Shown: one piece after another, positions 1 through 10,344 of the stretch | How positions within the stretch are numbered: the stretch's first letter is position 1 | Layout of the letters: each line of letters starts with the position of its first letter | Source of the DNA: Eledone cirrhosa | Lineage: Eukaryota | Length of the DNA stretch: 22,256 nt | Direction of reading: 5' to 3' | Assembly: GCA_964016885.1 (NCBI GenBank) | Contig: CAXHJY010000507.1 | Coordinates: 1-22,256, forward strand | The notes under the pieces: model-generated | What the model saw: only the letters and a program-made list of their open reading frames with translations | What the model was told of the DNA's origin: nothing | Databases searched by the model: none | Translations under genes and position numbers: made by a program

Positions 1-1360
1 TTGACCCCCAAACTATGGAATAATTTATACGATACATATAGTATCATTTGATCCACAAACTATGGAATAATTTATACGATATATATAGTATCATTTGACC
101 CCGAAACTATGGAATAATTTATACGATACATATAGTATCATTTGACCACCAAACTATGGAATAATTTATACGATATATATAGTATCATTTGACCCTCAAA
201 CTATGGAATAATTTATACGATATATATAGTATCATTTGACCCCCAAACTATGGAATAATTTATACGATACATATAGTATCATTTGATCCACAAACTATGG
301 AATAATTTATACGATATATATAGTATCATTTGACCCCCAAACTATGGAATAATTTATACGATACATATAGTATCATTTGACCCACAAACTATGAAATAAT
401 TTATACGATATATATAGTATCATTTGACCCCCAAACTATGGAATAATTTATACGATACATATAGTATCATTTGATCCACAAACTATGGAATAATTTATAC
501 GATATATATAGTATCATTTGACCCCAAACTATGGAATAATTTATACGATACATATAGTATCATTTGACCCCCAAACTATGGAATAATTTATACGATATAT
601 ATAGTATCATTTGACCCCCAAACTATGGAATAATTTATACGATATAAAGAAATAATTTATATAATATATGCTATCATTTGACCCAAAGATATATACGATA
701 CATATGCTATTATATGACCCTGAAACAATGGTATAATTTATACGATATATATGCCATAATTTGACCCCCAAACTATGGAATAACTTATACGATATATACA
801 CCATCATACCCACCAAACTATGGAATCATTTATACGATATATGCCATCATTTGACTCAGACGATGAAACAGTTTATACGATATACATATATATCATCATT
901 TGACCCCCAAACTATGGAATAGTTTATACTATATATATATCATAATTTGACCCCCAAACTATCGAATAATTTATATGATATATATGCTATCATTTGACCC
1001 ACCCCCAAACTATGGAAGAATATATACGATATATACCATCATATAACCCCCAAACTATGGAAGATGTATACGATACATCACATGACCCCCCAAACTATGG
1101 AAGAATGTATACGATACATCATATGACCCCCAAACTATGGAAGAATTTATACGATATATATCATCATATGACCCCCAAACTATGGAAGAATGTATACGAT
1201 ACATCATATGACCCCCAAACTATGGAACAATTTATACAATAACGATACATACGCCATCATTTGACCCTGAAACTATGGAATAATTTATACGAATATCGTA
1301 TAAATTTGACCCCCAAACTATGGAAGAATGTATACAATGTATACTATCATATGACCCAAG
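1..1360. repeat. 47-bp minisatellite (TTGACCCCCAAACTATGGAATAATTTATACGATA[C/T]ATATAGTATCAT), about 29 unit-lengths, running off the window start
   Basis: Unit recurs every 46-47 bp. Near-identical to ~645, then increasingly diverged to ~1360. Confidence 0.97.
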
Positions 1361-1373
1361 CCATCAAATAATA

Positions 1374-2160
1374 TTATATTGTCATATATTGAAGATTACC
1401 AGAATAATTAGGGAGAGGAGGACAAGATATACAGGACATTGCTACCGAAGGAAGGATGAACTGATGAGCCTCGCCTCCCCTACTGTTTTGGATACCTAGA
1501 CATGGTGAGACCCTAGTGGGACGACTGAGAATGACCTACATCGATCAGCTGTCTTGACAATGACTAGGGAGCGGAGGAGAGGATATGCTTTGACATCCTT
1601 GCTCCTACCCAAGCAAGGATGTCAAAGATGATTTTTGATGAGCCCCTACTGTTGTGGATGTCTAAACGTGGTAAGACCCAGGTTTGACGACCGGGAAGGA
1701 CCTACATCGATCAGCTGTCTTGACAATGACTAGGGAGCGGAGGAGAGGATATGCTTTGACATCCTTGCTCCTACCCAAGCAAGGATGTCAAAGATGATTT
1801 TTGATGAGCCCCTACTGTTGTGGATGTCTAAACGTGGTAAGACCCAGGTTTGACGACCGGGAAGGACCTACATCGATCAGCTGTCTTGACAATGACTAGG
1901 GAGCGGAGGAGAGGATATGCTTTGACATCCTTGCTCCTACCCAAGCAAGGATGTCAAAGATGATTTTTGATGAGCCCCTACTGTTGTGGATGTCTAAACG
2001 TGGTAAGACCCAGGTTTGACGACCGGGAAGGACCTACATCGATCAGCTGTCTCGGAATGTACAGCTGCTGATTGATAATTATAAAGAATGTCATGGAAGA
2101 TCGTGACCTCTAGAAGAGAAGGGTGGAATTGGTCTGGATAATACAGCAGACCAACTAAAT
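1374..2160 (+). mobile_element. Decayed 3' end of an RTE-clade-like LINE ORF, interrupted by a tandem triplication
   Basis: Manual translation: LYCHILKITRIIRERRTRYTGHCYRRKDELMS (from 1374), frameshift, then LLFWIPRHGETLVGRLRMTYIDQLS. After the array: IKNVMEDRDL*KRRVELV. This matches the recalled RTE C-terminal pattern LYGxLPxIxxxIRxRRxRxAGHCxR..LLWxPxHG..GRP..TYIDQL..MxDRxxW. Confidence 0.8.
1551..2052. repeat. 166-bp tandem repeat x3, derived from RTE-like LINE sequence; each unit has a 16-bp perfect hairpin
   Basis: Units start at 1551, 1717 and 1883, and GTCT recurs at 2049. Stem CTTTGACATCCTTGCT / AGCAAGGATGTCAAAG with an 8-nt loop at 1588-1627, 1754-1793 and 1920-1959. Confidence 0.95.
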
Positions 2161-2330
2161 AATGGTTTCTTATATAGGCACAAGGCAAGCAATTTTGAGG
2201 GAGGCAAAAGTCAATTAAATCGACCCCAGTGCATGACTGGTACTTTATTTTATCGACCCCGTAAGGATGAAAGGCAAAGTTAACCTCGGCAGGATTTGAA
2301 ATCAAATCATAAAGGGCCGTAACTCAATGT
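2161..2330 (-). mobile_element. tRNA-derived SINE copy (octopus-type), lacking the 5' head
   Basis: The reverse complement aligns by eye with the copy at 11101-11290 (CCGAGGTTAACTTTGCCTTTCATCCTTACGGGGTCGATAAAATAAAGTACCAG...CCTTGTGCC). Confidence 0.88.
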
Positions 2331-2469
2331 GACCAAATAAATAATAAAAAATATATGCCATCATTTGACCCAAGCGATCAATTAATTTTTTTTATATAAC
2401 AAAACATTTTTTTTTTTTACAAGAGATAGAGAGATAGAAAGGTCGTGGTAAAGATATATAGAGGAAGAA

Positions 2470-2637
2470 TCAATCCCAGTAATAGACTGCTACTTTTTTT
2501 TTATCAACCTCGAAAGGATGAAAGGCAAAGTTGAACTCAGAGAGCAGAAACGAATACTGCAAAACATTTTATCACACGTTCTAACGACTCTGCCAATTTG
2601 CCGCCTTATACTGTACATTGCCAATTCGCCGCCTTAC
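2470..2637 (-). mobile_element. Diverged copy of the same SINE including the 5' head, with the head end duplicated
   Basis: AAAGGATGAAAGGCAAAGTTGAACTCAGA core. GCCAATT(T/C)GCCGCCTTA occurs twice (~2592-2609 and ~2620-2637). Confidence 0.75.
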
Positions 2638-2970
2638 GTAAACGAAGGTAGTTTCTCTTATTTTAATACCCCCCCCCCCTCCTATGATGATTACATTCAG
2701 CCACCATTTTGTAAAATAAAACACATTGTTTGCACTATCGTCAAATAAAGTTCAAATATCTTCTAGAATCTCCAGTTACTAAATATACTACACCAGCAAT
2801 AAAACAGTAAAAAGTTACTCTTACATTCACTGACAGTAAATCATTCTTCTAAAATTTACCAGGCTTTACTCTATAAGTCTGACTCAGTCAATTGTCAATA
2901 AAAATTAGAATGATTTTTTACATAGGCGTAAGTAAAGCCGCAAATGTTATTATTGTTGTTATTATTATTA

Positions 2971-3246
2971 TCTCTGAGTGTGCGCCTTTAGACTGAAGAG
3001 TGGAAAACTGAGAGAGGGCGCTTGCCCTGGTGGTTAGAGTGGCCGTGGTCTTTTGTGTGGTTTTCGCCACGAGTGACCCTCGGAGGCTTCCACCTTATTG
3101 GGGAATTTTTTGTTGTTTGAATTTTAATTTATTTTACACGTTTCTGTCGTTTATAACCTTTTTACGCGGCCAAAACCCACTTTGTATCGTCCTGTGCCGT
3201 CTGTAATGTTTTTCTTCATGTTAGCCCTTGTGGCCAATAAAGAAAC

Positions 3247-3247
<1 letters not shown>
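2971..3247 (+). mobile_element. Probable 5'-truncated LINE 3' UTR ending in AATAAA, embedded in an (ATT)n microsatellite
   Basis: AATAAA at 3236-3241, followed by (ATT)n from ~3248. A TTA-rich repeat also lies immediately upstream (2946-2970). Resemblance to an octopus LINE 3' UTR is from memory only. Confidence 0.5.
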
Positions 3248-3289
<42 letters not shown>

Positions 3290-3304
3290 GTTATTGTTAT
3301 TATT

Positions 3305-3580
3305 GAAGGGTGTAGTCGATTAAATTGACACCATTGCTCTTTTGAGACATTTTATATATTTCAACTTCGTCAAACCAGGATAACTAAAAGACAGACAAAG
3401 CAAATCTCGGTGAGAACTAAAAAAAAAAAAAAATTGAATAACAATGACGTAACTCAAAAGACGCACTACCGATTCTGTAATCACCGCCCTTACTTATAAA
3501 CATTTCTAAATTGAGCACAAGGCCAGCAATTTTGGAGGAAAGAGAAAGTCAATTATATCGACCCCAGTGCTTGACTTATT
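3305..3580 (-). mobile_element. Two degraded fragments of the same SINE family (3305-3492 and 3500-3580)
   Basis: GCACAAGGCCAGCAATTTT...AGTCAATTATATCGACCCCAGTGC matches 2178-2232. CACCGCCCTTA matches the reverse complement of the head at 11101. Confidence 0.65.
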
Positions 3581-3737
3581 TTTGCACCATATCATTTCTC
3601 ATTTTGCACCATATTATTCTTATTTTCTTTATAAGATGTTTGTTTTTCGAAGGACAGAATTTGTTACTTTTCAATGTCTTTCAAGATTTTGAGTAACATT
3701 TGGTGTCACAACTGTGCTAGTCACAACTCCTGACAGA

Positions 3738-4063
3738 AAATAGATAGATAGATAGATAGAGGTAGAGGTAGGTAGGTAGGTAGGTAGGTAGGTAGGTAGG
3801 TAGGTAGGTAGGTAGGTAGGTAGGTAGGTAGGTAGGTAGATAAGTAGGTAGGTAGATAGATTGATATGTTTCTTTATTAGCCACAGGGGCTCAAAAGAAG
3901 GGGACAAATACAAAGGGGGAAGTTTACATACAATAAAAATGTGTAGATAGATAGAGATAGAAAAATAGATAGATAGTGATAGGTAGATAGATAGGTAGAT
4001 AGATAGGTAGATAAATAGATAGATAGGATAGAAAGGTAGAAAGATAGAGAGAGAGATATCCAG

Positions 4064-4141
<78 letters not shown>
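3738..4141. repeat. Compound microsatellite (AGAT)n/(AGGT)n/(TA)n/(GA)n
   Basis: Directly visible; pure (GA)n at ~4084-4141. Confidence 0.97.
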
Positions 4142-4143
<2 letters not shown>

Positions 4144-4364
4144 CGAAGTCTGGGACGATAGAAAAATATATGAATTGGTTTAAGAAAGAAAATGCAATGT
4201 AAAAAGAAGAAAGAAACTTGAAATTTGAAAAAGTAAGAAATTTTTTTTGAGTAAACGGAATAGAGCGAAGGAATGTCGTGCATAATTTATAGAGACGACG
4301 TTGCATTGACTTACGGCTCATTCAGACGAAAGAAGAGTGGAGGTGGTGGCGGTGGCAGAGGGAA

Positions 4365-5850
4365 GGAGAAAATGGAAAAAGAAACACTGACATAGAGGGG
4401 AGGTGGAAGAAGTAAAAAAAAAGGAGAAAAAATAGGGATAGAGAAAGAGAAATAATAGAAAGAAGATAATAGAAAGAAAAAAAGGAAGAAAAAAGAAGGC
4501 GAGGACAAGAAGAGAAGGAAGAAGAAAATAGAAGAAGAAACACAGACATAGAGGAGAGGTGAAAGAAGTAAAAAAAAAAGAGAAAGAGAAAAAATAGGGA
4601 AAGAGAAAGAGAAATAATAGAAAGAAGATAATAGAAAGAAAAAAAGGAAGAAAAAAGAAGGCGAGGACAAGAAGAGAAGGAAGAAGAAAATAGAAGAAGA
4701 AACATAGACATAGAGGAGAGGTGAAAGAAGTAAAAAAAAAAAGAGAAAGAGAAAAAATAGGGAAAGAGAAAGAGAAATAATAGAAAGAAGATAATAGAAA
4801 GAAAGAAAGAAAGAAAGAAAGAAAGGAAGAAAGAAAGGAAAAAGAAGGCGAGGACAAGAAGAGAAGGAAGAAGATAATAGAAAGAAAGAAAGAAAGAAAA
4901 GAAAAAGAAGGCGAGGACAAGAAGAGAAGGAAGAAGAAAATGGAAAAAGAAACACAGACATAGAGGAGAGGTGGAAGAAGTAAAAAAAAAAGAGAAAGAG
5001 AAAAAAATAGTGAAAGAGAAAGAGAAATAATAGAAAAAAGATAATAGAAAGAAAGGAAGGAAAAAGAAGGCGAGGAGAAGAAGAGAAGGAAGAAGAAAAT
5101 AGAAGAAGAAACACAGACATAGAGGAGAGGTGGAAGAAGTAAAAAAAAAAGAGAAAGAGAAAAAATAGGGAAAGAGAAAGAGAAATAATAGAAAGAAGAT
5201 AATAGAAAGAAAAAAAGGAAGAAAAAAGAAGGCGAGGACAAGAAGAGAAGGAAGAAGAAAATAGAAGAAGAAACATAGACATAGAGGAGAGGTGAAAGAA
5301 GTAAAAAAAAAAAGAGAAAGAGAAAAAATAGGGAAAGAGAAAGAGAAATAATAGAAAGAAGATAATAGAAAGAAAGAAAGAAAGAAAGAAAGAAAGGAAG
5401 AAAGAAAGGAAAAAGAAGGCGAGGACAAGAAGAGAAGGAAGAAGATAATAGAAAGAAAGAAAGAAAGAAAAGAAAAAGAAGGCGAGGACAAGAAGAGAAG
5501 GAAGAAGAAAATGGAAAAAGAAACACAGACATAGAGGAGAGGTGGAAGAAGTAAAAAAAAAAGAGAAAGAGAAAAAAATAGTGAAAGAGAAAGAGAAATA
5601 ATAGAAAAAAGATAATAGAAAGAAAGGAAGGAAAAAGAAGGCGAGGAGAAGAAGAGAAGGAAGAAGAAAATAGAAGAAGAAACACAGACATAGAGGAGAG
5701 GTGGAAGAAGTAAAAAAAAAAGAGAAAAAAAGGGAAAGAGAAAGAGAAATAATAGAAAGAAGATAATAGAAAGAAGAAAAAAAACGAAAGAAAGTAAGAA
5801 AGAAAGAAAGGAAGGAAAAAGAAGGCGAGAGAACAAGAAAAAAATGAGAG
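4365..5850. repeat. Purine-rich complex minisatellite with a ~160/250-bp basic unit and a 571-bp higher-order period
   Basis: The anchor CATAGAGG occurs at 4391, 4547, 4709, 4959, 5118, 5280, 5530 and 5689. Every third anchor is 568-571 bp apart and carries matching variants. Confidence 0.92.
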
Positions 5851-6157
5851 AGAAGGGAGGGGGTGGGGGGAGAAAAAGGAAGACGGAAAGGACAAAGCTA
5901 TTTGTATAAACTTATGAGTCTAGTTTAAATCACCTGGGGTACGACATGTCATTTTGAAAGAGTGTTCAGGACGCGATCATATGCTTCAATACACTCCAGT
6001 TTTTCCGGTCTGTTATTATTATTGTGTAAGATGTTTAGGTTTTTTAGTTTTTCTCTCTCTCTTCAACTTTTGACTGTGGGAATTTCCGTAACAAGTAAAG
6101 AAATTGGAATGAAGTTAAACCCACAGAGAAGTGCAGTTTCTAAATATATGATACTTG

Positions 6158-6199
<42 letters not shown>

Positions 6200-6299
6200 A
6201 TAATAATAATAAATTTGAAGACTAAAATCCAAAGAGGGCTCGATAAGGATAAATATATATCAAATATATAAGAACCGTAGAGCAAATATTTATTAAAAT

Positions 6300-6370
<71 letters not shown>

Positions 6371-6564
6371 TATATATATCCTTTCAAGGATTTACACAAA
6401 TCCAGCCTCCTGTCATTTCATTATAATATTTAACTCCGTAATAGCACCACCAACTACAAAAACAAAGACGGTTGAACTGCTTTACGTTGAGTACTCTCTA
6501 TATTATTGCATTACGATTGACCATACGGAATAGACCAGCTCTATACAGTGGTGAACCTCAAACC

Positions 6565-6609
<45 letters not shown>

Positions 6610-6663
6610 GAATTACGATTTAGCTTCAGGCATAGTTGTAAACAGATATGTATTTGAATTTTG

Positions 6664-6746
<83 letters not shown>

Positions 6747-6751
<5 letters not shown>

Positions 6752-6878
6752 ATTATGAAGAGAGAAGAAACATTTAGATATAATTAGTAATAAGATGTAT
6801 CATACCTAAACTGCTTTAGGTATGATACATCTTATTACTAATTATATCTAAATGTTTCTTCTCTCTTCATAATGTACT
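6747..6878. repeat. Perfect palindrome with 64-bp arms and a 4-nt loop (CTGC)
   Basis: 6747-6810 is the reverse complement of 6815-6878. Confidence 0.95.
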
Positions 6879-7038
6879 TTTAGCTCTGATACTGGTTCAG
6901 TCTAATCCAATCGGATTGGTTAGTCCCAGTTATTCATAGAGCAACATCGGTTAAGGTTGACACCATTAACTCAAGGATGGATGTGGATATATTCATGTAT
7001 ATGTGTGTGTCCGCATGTATCTGTGTGTTTCTCAATAT

Positions 7039-7124
<86 letters not shown>

Positions 7125-7238
7125 TGACTCCAGTTCCCCAGTGAATTAACAACCCAACAAGGAACTGGGCATATCAGAGTATTGACAATATCATACACCT
7201 AAACAACATATGTACTTGTCTATACCATACTAATTCAA

Positions 7239-7293
7239 ACTGCCTGAAGAGGTCACAGCCAAAGATGGCTGTCACTGAAATATATATAGCAGT
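7239..7293 (+). ncRNA. Minimal type I hammerhead ribozyme motif (Penelope-like element type)
   Basis: ACTGC [stem I] CTGAAGA G-GTCACAGCCA AAGA TGGCTGTCAC-T [stem II] GAAA TATATA [palindromic stem III] TA GCAGT [stem I']. AATAAA follows at 7294-7299, then (TA)n. Confidence 0.8.
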
Positions 7294-7337
7294 AATAAAC
7301 GAAGCTAAATTTTAATCATTTGACTTTTATTTAACTT

Positions 7338-7439
<102 letters not shown>

Positions 7440-7480
7440 AAATGAAAATCCGAAATCAGGGTAAAATTCCAATCATTTAA

Positions 7481-7554
7481 TCACGACACATGTTTCAATA
7501 AGAGATAGATCGATTGTGAAGCCATGATCGTTTATCACTGATCTCATCAGGTGA
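7481..7554 (-). ncRNA. Minimal type I hammerhead ribozyme motif
   Basis: The reverse complement reads TCAC CTGATGA [long imperfect stem II] GAAA CATGTG TC GTGA, giving stem I TCAC/GTGA and a GUC cleavage triplet. Confidence 0.72.
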
Positions 7555-7933
7555 AAATGAATTGTCTTCAAATTCTTGAGATGAGGGAGAAAAAATAACG
7601 ATGTTCTCTCACATAATTCATTCCCTCATATGGAGACACACCAGTCAGTCAGAGACAAGGCGACTGCTATTAGCTTTAGTTGAGGTCATAAAAGTTTTCA
7701 GATTTCTATCGCTGCAAAAGACGCTGGACATCAAACAAATCCGTAGGGATACAGTCAGTCACAGTTAGAAGTGAGTGGGTACACACACACTCCACACCCG
7801 CATACATCGGCTCGAGATCAAAGAAAAATAAATACATATATATACACACATCAACACAGTATTAAACCCGTAAAATATCTGTCTTCAAGAAACCACTGGT
7901 AAATGAATGAATTATCTTACGTTGTTTATTACA

Positions 7934-7988
<55 letters not shown>

Positions 7989-8164
7989 AAAAAAGATGAA
8001 ATCAAAAATGCAACTGGAGTATTTTAAAAAAAAATATATTTATTTGGTTCCTTTACCGGTTTCGCAGTTCTTGTGCTTTTCAAAAGTAGAATTGAGATGG
8101 AGAGTTTGTGGTTTTTCTCTCTATATATATATATATATTAAATATAGAAATGGCTTCTACAGGA

Positions 8165-8219
8165 CTAGAACTATTTCATTCGGGAGAAATCATCAGGAAT
8201 CCCTGGGCTTCCTGATGAT
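8165..8219 (-). ncRNA. Degenerate hammerhead-like core overlapping an 11-bp hairpin
   Basis: The reverse complement reads CTGATGA TTTCTCCCGAAT GAAA TAG TT; stem I is not supported. Inverted repeat ATCATCAGGAA (8189-8199) / TTCCTGATGAT (8209-8219). It lies just 3' of the GIY-YIG fragment on the same strand. Confidence 0.4.
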
Positions 8220-8261
8220 GTATTCTGCTATGTATTGAGTACCTCACTTACTGTGGTTTAA

Positions 8262-8544
8262 ACATTTCCACGATACACAAATGACAGATTTTTGAGAAAG
8301 CCATATTTCGGTATGCAGGTGCTTTCGAAATCGTTCCCCAAGATAGTGTATATTTTGTCCTTTAAATTACAAATTAGATGTGAAAGTGAAGTGGAAGATA
8401 TTATCGGACCTATTAAATGTACGTTTGTGGTTGCATCACCGTTCTTTGAATTTTGTAGAAATGGCACGTATATAGTTAAATAGTTGTGTCTCTAGTTTTT
8501 ACTGTGCACTTATAAATTAAGTTTTTGTCTAAGCAATTGTTTTG

Positions 8545-8547
<3 letters not shown>
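8262..8547 (-). pseudogene. Penelope-like element GIY-YIG endonuclease fragment (about 95 codons, 3 frameshifts, 1 stop)
   Basis: Manual translation across frames: LQNNCLDKNLIYKCTVKTRDTT / NYIRAISTKFKER*CNHKRTFNRSDN / SSTSLSHLICNLKDK / YTLSWGTISKAPAYRNMAFSKICHLCIVEMF. It shows LIY..YIG-like (YIR), FKxR..H, STxLS and CxLCxxE motifs in the expected order. Confidence 0.85.
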
Positions 8548-8581
<34 letters not shown>

Positions 8582-8582
8582 T

Positions 8583-8655
<73 letters not shown>

Positions 8656-8910
8656 AGGTGTTTTATAGTTATAAAGGTCGGTCTGTCATTTGATTCACTC
8701 TTTTAATTAATATGTATTTTCCATTTCTTTCGAAATGCTTTTCACTCTAGTGGTTCTCTAGCCCTCGCATTTGAAAACATACCTTTTTGTGTTTTATTCT
8801 CTATATACTCATATTTCTTCTTATCAAGAATAAATAAATAAATAAATAAATAAATTAAATTAAATTAAAATGGTGTAGGCATCACAATACAATAGGAGGA
8901 AACATAATAG

Positions 8911-8954
8911 TAGCACTGATGATGTCTCAGATGTGCGACGAAAGAACTTTGATA
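8911..8954 (+). ncRNA. Degenerate hammerhead-like motif
   Basis: TAGCA CTGATGA T GTC..GAC GAAA GAAC TT TGATA. Stem I pairs 4/5 and there is an extra base before stem II. Confidence 0.35.
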
Positions 8955-9101
8955 AACTATATATGTATATATTTATATCTGTAATTTTAACCGTTGGTCA
9001 ATCAATGATAAACATTGATTGCCAAATAAATTAACTATGGAGATATAAAATATAAAGAAGCGAAAACCAACCCAAACCAAACAGTGAGTGTGTTCTGTTA
9101 T

Positions 9102-9245
9102 TATTTCTGGTAATATTATAATAATATGACCCTCCCCAAGTATAACTATAACTATATATATATATATAATTGTGTGTGTGTGTATGTGTGTGTGTGTATT
9201 GTTATATTTGGGGAGAGTCATGTTGTTATAATATTACCAGAAATA
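9102..9245. repeat. Imperfect inverted repeat with 49-bp arms (44/49) around a (TA)n(TG)n spacer
   Basis: 9102-9150 versus the reverse complement of 9197-9245; 5 mismatches by manual comparison. Confidence 0.9.
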
Positions 9246-9327
9246 TATAAAATATAATATATAACAGTATTTGTTTCATCATACGATTTCATATCAAAGA
9301 CCTTGCAAAACAAATTCATCGCCGTCT

Positions 9328-9376
<49 letters not shown>

Positions 9377-9402
9377 ATGTATGTATGTATTATGTATGTA
9401 TG

Positions 9403-9469
<67 letters not shown>

Positions 9470-9479
<10 letters not shown>

Positions 9480-9769
9480 AACAGATAATGTCTGTCTGAC
9501 TCCCTAAAACTCGAGAACCACCCAAACAAAATATAAATAAACGTAGGCTCGACAGCAGCAAAAAAAAAAGAAAAAAGAGAGGGAACGCAATTACATGCTT
9601 TTGAAAAATCTTATTGGAAAATTATTTGCCTATTCACCCAAGGCGACTTCACTTTTTATTAGGACTTCTGCATCAATTGGTGAACATACGACGAAACTGT
9701 TTCAGAAAGGAGGGATAAACATGCCATTCTATGTTTAGAATCCCGAGCAACGCCGGGCCATTCTGCTAG
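9470..9769 (+). mobile_element. Non-autonomous Helitron-like element (3' end clear, 5' end buried in (TA)n)
   Basis: Subterminal hairpin CCCG-AGCAACGC-CGGG (9742-9757), then CTAG|T at 9766-9770. The 5' region TATA..AATGTCTGTCTG is typical of microsatellite-bearing non-autonomous Helitrons. Confidence 0.7.
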
Positions 9770-9792
9770 TATATATATATATATATATGTAA

Positions 9793-10022
<230 letters not shown>

Positions 10023-10344
10023 ATTATTTCACATTTAAAAAGTTTAGCTGAGTTATTCCCAAGAAGTGATATTGCTAGTATTTGCAATGTACTTACATAA
10101 CAATCTAGTCGTGACTAATTAGAAAAAAATAAGGAATAATTTAGAGCGGCCATGTCAGATTAGTGAAATAATCGCAATCTCACTGCTGAAATTACATTTG
10201 ATGAGCAGAATTTAAAGTGTGGCCTGATTCTTACTTCAGATAATGGACAGAAGCAGTGTTAATATCTATATAAAATTCCCTTGTTAAATCATCGAAAAAG
10301 TGTGTCTCGAGTCCAGAGGCTTATTAAGACAGTACTTATTTTGG

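Noticed and set aside
1-1360. CRISPR array
   Set aside because: Contiguous near-identical units with no unique spacers, no cas genes, and a eukaryotic context.
3671-3729. Possible minus-strand exon after the acceptor TTTTCTGTCAG (GVVTSTVVTPNVTQNLERH*)
   Set aside because: Short, no recognisable homology and no partner exon; it would need RNA-seq support.
4311-5895. Long F/L/S-rich ORFs (323-525 aa)
   Set aside because: Open in all three minus-strand frames because the pyrimidine-rich repeat lacks stops; not protein-like.
5936-6010. Possible minus-strand exon (PEKLECIEAYDRVLNTLSK*) with a CAG|GTGATT donor
   Set aside because: Stops in all three frames and no polypyrimidine tract at the acceptor.
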